Position numbers and translations under genes: made by a program. Shown in pieces: positions 8,866-17,481 of a DNA stretch of 64,000 bases. Source of the DNA: Phycisphaerae bacterium (GTDB lineage Bacteria > Planctomycetota > Phycisphaerae > UBA1845); the NCBI GenBank assembly GCA_963666835.2, contig CAXXGO010000001.1, positions 1,696,001-1,760,000 of the forward strand, read 5' to 3'. Under the pieces are notes generated by a model. The model worked only from the letters and a program-made list of their open reading frames with translations, did no database searches and had not been told where the DNA came from. Every line of letters begins with the position of its first letter. Position 1 is the stretch's first letter.

Positions 8866-11061
8866 ATGGCAGCCACTCGCCGAAATCGCGCCGGCGGCGA
8901 TCGCAGACGGCCTGCCGCGCCCCCGCGCTTACCGGCGACGGAGATCGCCCCGACAGTAGACGAATCGCCCAGCCGCAACTCGGCCCTTCTCGTCACGTCG
9001 GGCGCCGTAATCCTCCTAATGACGGTCGTGGCATACGTCCCGGCCATGCACGGCGAGTTCGTCTGGGACGACAACCTCTACGTCTCCGAAAACGACACTC
9101 TAAGCTCGTCGGACGGGCTGAGCCGGATCTGGTTCGATATCGGGGCGACGCCGCAGTACTACCCGCTCGTCTTCACGATGTTCTGGGCCGAGCGGCAACT
9201 CTGGGGGCTCGACACGTTCGGCTATCACGTGGTCAACGTGCTGCTTCACGGGCTAACGGCCGTTCTTCTGTGGTTCGTGTTGCGCAAGCTGGCCGTGCCG
9301 GGGGCGTGGCTCGCGGCCGCTGTCTTTGCATTGCATCCGGTACACGTCGAATCGGTCGCGTGGATCACCGAACGTAAGAACGTCCTCTCCGGCGTTTTCT
9401 ACATGGCGACTTTGCTGGCGTATCTGCGCTTCTCCGGCCTGCCCAACGTCGGCGGCACGCCGCGGCGCTGGGGGTACTATGGCTTGGCGCTGTTGCTCTT
9501 CGTTTGCGCGCTGTTTAGCAAGACCGTGACCTGCACGCTCCCGGCCGTGTTGCTTCTGTTGGTCTGGTGGAAGGCGGGCCGGCTCCGCGCGGAAGATGTG
9601 CTTCCGGTGGTACCGATGTTCGTAATCGGTGCCGCCTTGGGCCTTACGATCGCCGCTACCGAAGCCAACGTCGTCGGAGCGCACGGGGCCGAGTGGGATT
9701 TCTCGCCTGTTGACCGCGTTCTGATTGCCGGTCGGGTGGCGTGGTTCTACCTGGGGAAGCTCCTCTGGCCTGCGAACCTGAGCTTCGTGTACTACCGCTG
9801 GCAGGTCGACGCGGCGCAGTGGTGGCAATACCTCTTCCCGGCGGCGGTGGCCGCGGTACTTGCCGTTCTCGTTCTGATGCGGCGGCGGATCGGACGCGGC
9901 CCCCTCGTGGCCATGCTGTTCTTTGGGGGCACGCTGTTCCCCGCGCTGGGCTTCTTCAATGTCTATTTCATGCGTTATTCGTTCGTGGCGGATCACTTCC
10001 AATACCTGGCCAGCATCGGTCCGATTGTCTTGGCGGCGAGCGTTCTCACATGGTTAGGCCGCATGAAAAAGGGGACAGGCGCGTCGCCGAAGGCGTCTGT
10101 TGGTACCGTGAGCGGGAATCCGCTCGGAGCGGGTCCCCTTCTTCAACGGCCGCCGTTTGGCGTGGTGATCTGCGGTACGGTCGTCTTGCTGGTTCTGGGC
10201 ACGCTAACGTGGCGTCAGAGTCGGGTCTTTGCCAACCTGGAGACGCTATGGCGAGACACGCTGGCCAAGAACCCGTCGGCCTGGTCCGCCCACAACAACC
10301 TCGGGAACCTGCTGTTCAAACGCGGGGATTACGCCGAGGCGGCCAAGTGCTATGCCGAAGCGGTTCGCCTCAAGCCGGATTTCCCGCAAGCCCTGGGCGG
10401 GGTCGGGATCAGCTTAGCCCGATCCGGCCGCCACGCCGAGGCGGTTTCTTATTTTGAACGGGCTGTCGCTCTTCGCCCGCACAGTGCCATGCAACACCGC
10501 AACCTGGCGCTTTCGCTGACGCAAGTCGGGCGAAGCCAGGAGGCCGCTGAGCATTTTCGCCAGGCGATCAAGTTCAAACCGGATTGGGCCGAAGCCCATA
10601 GTGACTTCGCATCGTCACTTCTGCGCCAGGGCGATATGGCGACAGCGGAACGACATTGTCGAGAAGCGTTGCGGTTAGACCCGACCTCCGCAAGGGCTTA
10701 TGGCGTGCTGGCGGCAGTTCTCAGTCGACAGGACAAGTTGGACGAGGCGATCGAAACATATCAGAAGGCACTGGATCTTGATCCCGAATCTCCGGCGATG
10801 CACAACAACCTGGCCAACGCTCTTTACCGCAAGGGGGACACCGCCGGGGCGATTAGCCAGTACCGGCAAGCGCTGAAGCGAGCCCCGCGCGATGCCGATA
10901 CGCACTGCAATCTCGGCATTGCATTGATGAAGAGCGGCAACCACCGCGAAGCGGTCGCCGAGCTGGAACGCGCCGTGGCCATAGACCCCAGCCTCACCAG
11001 AGCCCACCGCGCCTTACGCGACGCCCGCGCCAACTTGCCCAGCCGGTCCGACGGCGATTGA
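8866..11061 (+). CDS. TMTC-like membrane glycosyltransferase (GT-C type) with C-terminal TPRs
   Basis: FVWDD loop, QYYPL, FALHPVHVESVAWITERK, ADHFQYL, many TM helices, then a run of AHNNLG-type TPRs. Confidence 0.85.
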   Translation: MAATRRNRAGGDRRRPAAPPRLPATEIAPTVDESPSRNSALLVTSGAVILLMTVVAYVPAMHGEFVWDDNLYVSENDTLSSSDGLSRIWFDIGATPQYYPLVFTMFWAERQLWGLDTFGYHVVNVLLHGLTAVLLWFVLRKLAVPGAWLAAAVFALHPVHVESVAWITERKNVLSGVFYMATLLAYLRFSGLPNVGGTPRRWGYYGLALLLFVCALFSKTVTCTLPAVLLLLVWWKAGRLRAEDVLPVVPMFVIGAALGLTIAATEANVVGAHGAEWDFSPVDRVLIAGRVAWFYLGKLLWPANLSFVYYRWQVDAAQWWQYLFPAAVAAVLAVLVLMRRRIGRGPLVAMLFFGGTLFPALGFFNVYFMRYSFVADHFQYLASIGPIVLAASVLTWLGRMKKGTGASPKASVGTVSGNPLGAGPLLQRPPFGVVICGTVVLLVLGTLTWRQSRVFANLETLWRDTLAKNPSAWSAHNNLGNLLFKRGDYAEAAKCYAEAVRLKPDFPQALGGVGISLARSGRHAEAVSYFERAVALRPHSAMQHRNLALSLTQVGRSQEAAEHFRQAIKFKPDWAEAHSDFASSLLRQGDMATAERHCREALRLDPTSARAYGVLAAVLSRQDKLDEAIETYQKALDLDPESPAMHNNLANALYRKGDTAGAISQYRQALKRAPRDADTHCNLGIALMKSGNHREAVAELERAVAIDPSLTRAHRALRDARANLPSRSDGD
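10058..10151. repeat. REP-like palindrome inside the TPR gene
   Basis: GGCCGCATGAAAAAGGGGAC ... GTCCCCTTCTTCAACGGCC imperfect inverted repeat; reading frame preserved. Confidence 0.55.
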
Positions 11062-11194
11062 CCTATAGGATCTATTCAGCACGATCGGGCTGTGGGACCG
11101 GATTAACTTCCGGCACACTCGCGTGCCCAACCGCCCGGCGGGTCTGCTCTCAATGCACTACGCTCCTGATATCGGCGGTTGCGTCGCTTTTTTC

Positions 11195-11224
11195 TTGACA
11201 ACCGCGGGCAGAAGAAACTACTAT
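11195..11224 (+). promoter_or_regulatory. putative sigma-70 promoter
   Basis: TTGACA-18 nt-TACTAT upstream of secreted paralog 1. Confidence 0.6.
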
Positions 11225-11345
11225 GACACTTTATTGTGGCGTTGTTGTTTGCTAACTCGATGTAAGACGCGTTCTGCTCCTTCTCCGGGAGGAGGCACGT
11301 TATTGAGCTTGGGCGTTCGTCTCGGTCTGTAGGAGGTCACGTGTG

Positions 11346-13439
11346 ATGAAAAACAGGCAAGCATGCGCGAAGTTGGCGATTGCGGCGTTGGTGGTGTTTG
11401 GCTGGATCACGGGCGGCCTCTCGGCTGATCCCGGCGAGATTAGTCCACATCCTGACGACGGCAATGTGGTCTCTAAGGTCGGGCCCACGTTCGGCGGTGT
11501 CCATCGCGATTCCGTGCTATTCAATGCCGATCCGCGCGATACGTGCCCGTTTGAGAGTGCCACCAACTGCAAAGAGGATGACGTCGACGGCGTGATTGTG
11601 ATGACCGATCGGGCCAACGAAGTCCGGGTCGCCGACGACTTCCGCCCGGCCGGCACGCAGATCGGCGAAATCTGCTGGACGGCGGGCTACTACGGTGGCA
11701 ACGACGAGGTCGGCCAGTTCGAGTGTGCGGACAATCCGCCGCCGGACCACTGGGTCGTCCGTTTCTATGAGGATCTCGGTGGTCTTCCCAGCGTCGAGAT
11801 CGGCCCGGCCGGCGGTCAGGAGGTGACGATTCTGGCCTCGAGCCAGCACGGTGGCGGGAGCCGCCTGTGGGACTATGCCGCCAGTATTCCGACGGCGATC
11901 TTTGTGACTCCGGGCGAGTGCTACTGGATGGAACTCACCGGTATGGGTGAAGGCCCGACAGGTTGCCACACGTACTGGTCGACTGCTATCGAGGGTAACG
12001 ACTACTCTGTGCGCGACGACTTCAACTATCCGGAATACGGTCCTGAAGACGTTGACAATCTGGACATGATCTTCTGCATAGATACAGGTCTCTCGGGCAC
12101 GACCGACTGCGGTGACATCCTCGCGGCTTGCTGCACGTGCCCGGGTTGCACGCCTGGTTTGACTGAGGCGGAGTGCATTGACGGCCTGCAAGGTGTCTGG
12201 CGTCTGGGTAACACCTGTGCGACAGCCGCGTGTCCGGACGATGCGCCATACAACGAAGAGTGCGAGGATGCCGAGACGGACACGGCCGCGGATACCTGGC
12301 GGTGCCGCGGCGGTCTAAACGACGGTCAGGTATGTGACCCCGCCAACGTCCACGGCGACTGCCCGGATGACGGCGACGACATCGGGTACTGCGTTGCCTA
12401 CCGTGTTCTGCCGTTTGAGAACGTCTGTGCGGCCCGCGAGAACCCTGCCAATCCGCCGACCGATTGCGGTGGCACGGGTAACCTGCGGTACGACATCTGG
12501 TACCGGTACACTGCCCCGGCCCGCGGGGAATTGAAGGTGTCGACGTGTCCGTCGGACGACAATCCCGACTCCGCCGGAGTAATCCGCTGGCCCTCCATGC
12601 TGGCGATTTACGATACCGCTACGTGCCCGGTGACGGCTGATGACGAGATGACCTGCGGCGACGATGAGTGCGACTGGGCGGGTGGGGCCGAGGTAACAGT
12701 TGCCGTCATGGCCGGTCAGGAATACACCGTCCGTATCGGTGCTTGGAGCGCGCCGAAAACCTACACCAATCAGCGTGGTTATGGTGAGGTCGAGTTCAGC
12801 TTCATCGATGCCGATCTCGTCTACGAGCCGCCGGTTGCGGCGCCTGCCCCGGAGGATGGCCCGAAGAACCGGTACATCTCGATCAGGTCGGGGAATGTCG
12901 GTAGCCCGGTTACGCTGCAGGTAACGGTAGCGTCCAGCCAGTACTTCCCGGATTCGGTCGACGAGACCAAGTATGTCGATCCGACTCCCAATTACAAGGG
13001 CTACTACCGGTTGACTACGACGGTGCCGACCCCAGTTGTCTGGCCCGAAGAGGATCTGCACGTTTTCGATTGCATGATCCACCCGGCCGCGACCTTCGAG
13101 GTCCGGGCCGGTGACGGTGTTGGCACTTGGTCGAATCCTCTACGGGTTCCGACGTCACCAAAGCCGGGCGAGAAATACTGGGGCGACTGCGTTGGGGCCT
13201 TTACCGGTACCTGGCAGCCGCCGGAAGGTAACATGAGTCTGAACGACCTGATGGCCGCACTGCAGGCGTTCAGTGGTGCTGCGACGGCTCCGCCGCTTCA
13301 CTGGGTGGACGTGCATAATGAGGGTCCCAACCAGTTGATTGGTATGTCGGACGTTCTGTTGTTAATGCACGCGTTTGGCGGTTCTCCGTATCCGTATACG
13401 TACGATCCGGGTACCCCGGGCGCGCCGTGTACTTACTGA
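11346..13439 (+). CDS. secreted Cys/Asp-rich modular protein, paralog 1 (C-terminal dockerin-like domain)
   Basis: AGGAGG RBS, signal peptide, ADDF domain, AACC Cys module, DIWYRYTAP domain, KNRYIS domain and paired GDCVG..NDLMA / DVH..PN..SDVL repeats. Confidence 0.85.
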   Translation: MKNRQACAKLAIAALVVFGWITGGLSADPGEISPHPDDGNVVSKVGPTFGGVHRDSVLFNADPRDTCPFESATNCKEDDVDGVIVMTDRANEVRVADDFRPAGTQIGEICWTAGYYGGNDEVGQFECADNPPPDHWVVRFYEDLGGLPSVEIGPAGGQEVTILASSQHGGGSRLWDYAASIPTAIFVTPGECYWMELTGMGEGPTGCHTYWSTAIEGNDYSVRDDFNYPEYGPEDVDNLDMIFCIDTGLSGTTDCGDILAACCTCPGCTPGLTEAECIDGLQGVWRLGNTCATAACPDDAPYNEECEDAETDTAADTWRCRGGLNDGQVCDPANVHGDCPDDGDDIGYCVAYRVLPFENVCAARENPANPPTDCGGTGNLRYDIWYRYTAPARGELKVSTCPSDDNPDSAGVIRWPSMLAIYDTATCPVTADDEMTCGDDECDWAGGAEVTVAVMAGQEYTVRIGAWSAPKTYTNQRGYGEVEFSFIDADLVYEPPVAAPAPEDGPKNRYISIRSGNVGSPVTLQVTVASSQYFPDSVDETKYVDPTPNYKGYYRLTTTVPTPVVWPEEDLHVFDCMIHPAATFEVRAGDGVGTWSNPLRVPTSPKPGEKYWGDCVGAFTGTWQPPEGNMSLNDLMAALQAFSGAATAPPLHWVDVHNEGPNQLIGMSDVLLLMHAFGGSPYPYTYDPGTPGAPCTY

Positions 13440-13488
13440 CGTGATTGCCCACGCGGGTACCGTTTCCCGGGAGGTCGTCCGGTGCTTC

Positions 13489-13570
13489 TCCCCCCTTACG
13501 AAGGGGGGATAGAGCGGGCTCGATGTCGACGGAGACGAACCTCGTCCGCCCCTTTTTTGGTGAGGAGGGC
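13489..13570. repeat. REP-like doublet
   Basis: TCCCCCCTT-ACG-AAGGGGGGA hairpin plus a degenerate inverted partner. Confidence 0.6.
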
Positions 13571-13717
13571 AGAAAGAAACGCGGCAGTTATGACGCTCGC
13601 ACAGTTGCGGTGTTATCGTTGGCCGGCTCGACGTAAGGCGTGGTCCGCTCGCTTCTCAGAGGGAATACGTGTTATTGACCTGAGATGTTCGTCTCGGTCT
13701 GTAGGAGGTTACGTGTG

Positions 13718-15818
13718 ATGAAGAACAGGCAAGCATGCGCGAAGTTGGCGATTACGGCGTTGGTGGTGTTTGGCTGGATCACTGGCGGCCTCTCGGCTGA
13801 TCCCGGCGAGATTGGTCCACAACCTGACGACGGCAATGTGGTCTCTAAGGTCGGGCCCACGTTCGGCGGTGTCCATCGCGATTCCGTGCTATTCAATGCC
13901 GATCCGCGCGATACGTGCCCGTTTGAGAGTGCCACCAACTGCAAAGAGGATGACGTCGACGGCGTGATTGTGATGACCGATCGGGCCAACGAAGTCCGGG
14001 TCGCCGACGACTTCCGCCCGGCCGGCACGCAGATCGGCGAAATCTGCTGGACGGCGGGCTACTACGGTGGCAACGACGAGGTCGGCCAGTTCGAGTGTGT
14101 GGACAATCCGCCGCCGGACCACTGGGTCGTCCGTTTCTATGAGGATCTCGGTGGTCTTCCCAGCGTCGAGATCGGCCCGGCCGGCGGTCAGGAGGTGACG
14201 ATTCTGGCCTCGAGCCAGCACGGTGGCGGGAGCCGCCTGTGGGACTATGCCGCTTCAGTATTCCGACGGCGATCTTTGTGACTCGCGGAGCGAGTGCTAC
14301 TGGATGGAACTCACCGGTATGGGTGAAGGCCCGACACGGTTGCCACACGTACTGGTCGACTGCTATCGAGGGTAACGACTACTCTGTGCGCGACGACTTC
14401 AACTATCCGGAATACGGTCCTGAAGACGTTGAACAATCTGGACATGAGTCTTCTGCATAGATACAGGTCTCTCGGGCACGACCGACTGCGGTGACATCCT
14501 CGCGGCTTGCTGCACGTGCCCGGGTTGCACGCCTGGTTGTGACTGCAGGCGGATTGTGCATTGACGGCCTGGAAGGTGCATCTGGCGTCTGGGTAACACC
14601 TGATTGCGACAGTCGGCGGCGTGTCCGGACGATGCGCCATACAACGAAGAGTGCGAGGATGCCGAGACGGACACGGCCGCGGATACCTGGCGGTGCCGCG
14701 GCGGTCTAAACGACGGTCAGGTATGTGACCCCGCCAACGTCCACGACGACTGCCCGGACGACGGCGACGCCATCGGGTACTGCGTTGCCTACCGCGTTCT
14801 GCCGTTCGAGAACGTCTGTACGGAGCGAGCCACTGTCCCATGGACCAGTTGCGGCGGCGCTGGTAGATTGGGGTACGATGTTTGGTACCGGTACACTGCC
14901 CCGGCCAACGGGGAGTTGAAGGTGTCGACGTGCCCGTCAAGCGATAACCCCGACTTCGCTGGGGTCCTTTGGGACTCCATGCTGGCGATCTACGACTCCA
15001 GCACCTGCCCGGTAACCGAGGACGACGAGATCAACTGCGGCGACGAAGAGTGCGACATTGTGGGGCCGTCTGAAATCACTGTCGCCGTCCGTGCCGGTCA
15101 GGAATACACGGTTCGCGTTGGTGGTTGGGATGCGCCGATCAGCTACCCCAACTCGCGTGGTTGGGGTGAGGTTGAGTTCAGCTTCATTGAGGTTGAGGTC
15201 GCCTACTTGCCGCCGGTTGCGGCGCCTGCCCCGGAGGACGGCCCGAAGAACCGGTACATCTCGATCAGGTCGGGGAATGTCGGTAGCCCGGTTACGCTGC
15301 AGGTAACGGTAGCGTCCAGCCAGTACTTCCCGGCTTCGGTCGACGAGACCAAGTATGTCGATCCGACTCCCAATTACAAGGGCTACTACCGGTTGACTAC
15401 GACGGTGCCGACCCCAGTTGTCTGGCCCGAAGAGGATCTGCACGTTTTCGATTGCATGATCCACCCGGCCGCGACCTTCGAGGTCCGGGCCGGTGACGGT
15501 GTTGGCTCTTGGTCGAATCCTCTACGGGTTCCGACGTCACCAAAGCCGGGCGAGAAATACCATGGGGCGACTGCGTTGGGGCCTTTACCGGTACCTGGCA
15601 GCCGCCGGAAGGTAACATGAGTCTGAACGACCTGATGGCCGCACTGCAGGCGTTCGGTGTTGCTGCGACGGCTCCGCCGCTTCACTGGGTGGACGTGCAT
15701 AGATGAGGGTCCCAACCAGTTGATTGGTATGTCGGACGTTCTGTTGTTAGTGAACGCGTTTGGCGGTTCTCCGTATTCGTACGATCCGGGTACCCCGGGC
15801 GCGCCGTGTACTCACTGA
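13718..15818 (+). pseudogene. secreted modular protein, paralog 2; frameshifted as assembled (probably sequence errors)
   Basis: Colinear with paralog 1 from ATG to TGA. Many 1-2 nt insertions at about 14250-14620 and 15560-15705. Confidence 0.75.
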
Positions 15819-15867
15819 CGTGATTGCCCACGCGGGTACCGTTTCCCGGGAGGTCGTCCGATGTTCG

Positions 15868-15950
15868 TCCCCCCTTACCAAGGGGGGATAGAGCGGGGTC
15901 TGTTCCGACGGAAAAGAACCTCCCCCGGCCCCTCCTTGGTAAGGAGGGGA
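15868..15950. repeat. REP-like doublet
   Basis: TCCCCCCTTACCAAGGGGGGA and the inverted CCCCTCCTTGGTAAGGAGGGGA. Confidence 0.65.
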
Positions 15951-16004
15951 GAAGGAAACGGCGCGGGTACCCCGTCCTTGCGCAGCAAGGGTGGGGGACA
16001 GATC

Positions 16005-17102
16005 CTACTCCGCAGTCGGAGGGGGCTCTGCGACCTTGGTCTTGGTCGGCCAGGCTTTGAGGACGGCCTGGACCAGCGTAGCCAGCGGGATGGCGAAGAA
16101 CGCTCCCCAGAAGCCCCAGGTTCCTCCAAACACTAACACGGCCGTGATGATCGCGATGGGGTGGAGGTGGACCGCCTCCGAGAAGATCAACGGTACGAGC
16201 ACGTTGCCATCCAGGGCTTGGATTACCAAGTATGCCCCGACAGCCCACAGGAAGTCCGGGCCGATCCCCCATTGGCTGAACGCTACCATGACGACGGGAA
16301 ATGTCACGACGGTGGCCCCGACGTATGGAATGACCACCGACAATCCGACGGCCAATCCCAGGAGCATCGCGTAGTTGAGCCCCAACACCGCGAAGGTCGA
16401 ATACGTAACGCTGCCGACGATCAGGATCTCCCAGAACTTGCCCCGCACGTAGTTGCCGATCTGCCGATCGACATCGCGCCAGACCTGAGTAGCCAGGCCG
16501 CGCTCTTCGGGAACGAAGCGGCTGAACCAGTGCAGGATTCTCCGCTTGTCCTTCAGCATAAAAAAGACCAGGATCGGCATGAGGATCATGTAGACGAAGG
16601 CCACAATCAGCCCACGGAACGATGACAGAGAGATCGCCACGATACGCTTTCCGATCGCGCCGGATTCCTTGGTCAGCTCCTGCTGGATGGCGGCCTTGAT
16701 GTCCCCGAACACGCGGTCGAACTGCTCCGCGTCGATAAACGAGTAACGTTCCGGCAATTGCTTCAGGCCGTCATGGACTTGTCCGACCATGTTCGGCAGC
16801 TCTTCGATTGCCTGGGTCAACTGTGTGGAAAGAAGCGGTACCAGACCGAACAGCACCAATCCGAACAGTGCCAGGAAGATGAGATACACCGACAGCACCG
16901 CCGCGAAGCGGGGCACGGCCCTTCGTTGGAGGATCTGGACGACGCCCTCTAACAGGTACGCAATGACCAGGCTCGCCAGGACCGGCAGGAGGATTCCGCC
17001 CAGCAGTAGAACGAAAACGGTGCCCGCCAACAGCAACAGCAGGAGAACGGCGACCTGCGGGTCGTTGAAATGTCGCCTGAACCAATCTTTGACAATCCGC
17101 AC
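16005..17102 (-). CDS. AI-2E/PerM family transporter
   Basis: Hydrophobic; IPYVGA, IQALDGNVLVP, LHPIAII, GFWGAFFAIPLA motifs. Confidence 0.9.
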   Translation of the reverse strand: MRIVKDWFRRHFNDPQVAVLLLLLLAGTVFVLLLGGILLPVLASLVIAYLLEGVVQILQRRAVPRFAAVLSVYLIFLALFGLVLFGLVPLLSTQLTQAIEELPNMVGQVHDGLKQLPERYSFIDAEQFDRVFGDIKAAIQQELTKESGAIGKRIVAISLSSFRGLIVAFVYMILMPILVFFMLKDKRRILHWFSRFVPEERGLATQVWRDVDRQIGNYVRGKFWEILIVGSVTYSTFAVLGLNYAMLLGLAVGLSVVIPYVGATVVTFPVVMVAFSQWGIGPDFLWAVGAYLVIQALDGNVLVPLIFSEAVHLHPIAIITAVLVFGGTWGFWGAFFAIPLATLVQAVLKAWPTKTKVAEPPPTAE

Positions 17103-17481
17103 GTTGGTCGAGTCCTGTTCTGTTGCGCGATCGTGCCCGAACCGCGTGGGGCGATCCCACCGCGGGTATCAGTGGATAATCCGCGGTCGGCGCCCGCCGG
17201 TCAAGCCTCCGGGATTTCCATTGGAAACGGGAACCGTCGGCGAGCTGAATCAAGAGAGGTCTGCTGCAAAGTGCCTGCCCTTCTCCTCGGCATACGCCAG
17301 GCCGTTTCACCGGATGGGCAGGTGCCGTCGTTGCCCTGCGGTCGAACCTACAGGTTCGTGCGCGTATTCTTGTCGAAAGCCGTTAACTCACGTGGCCAAC
17401 CGGCGTCACTAAGGTATAACGGGACGCCTGAACCGGCGCAGAAGGCGTCAGTCCTCCGAGATGCGTGATGAGGGACGAGAC

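Larger units (their letters stand above)
11315..15950 (+). repeat. tandem duplication, unit about 2.37 kb
   Basis: About 11315-13570 and 13687-15950 are near-identical (RBS region, CDS, downstream palindromes), apart from 12429-12827 versus 14820-15209. Confidence 0.92.

Noticed and set aside
12429..15209. Diversity-generating retroelement (template/variable repeat pair)
   Set aside because: Differences include indels and synonymous changes at all bases rather than adenine-specific ones, and there is no reverse transcriptase in the window.
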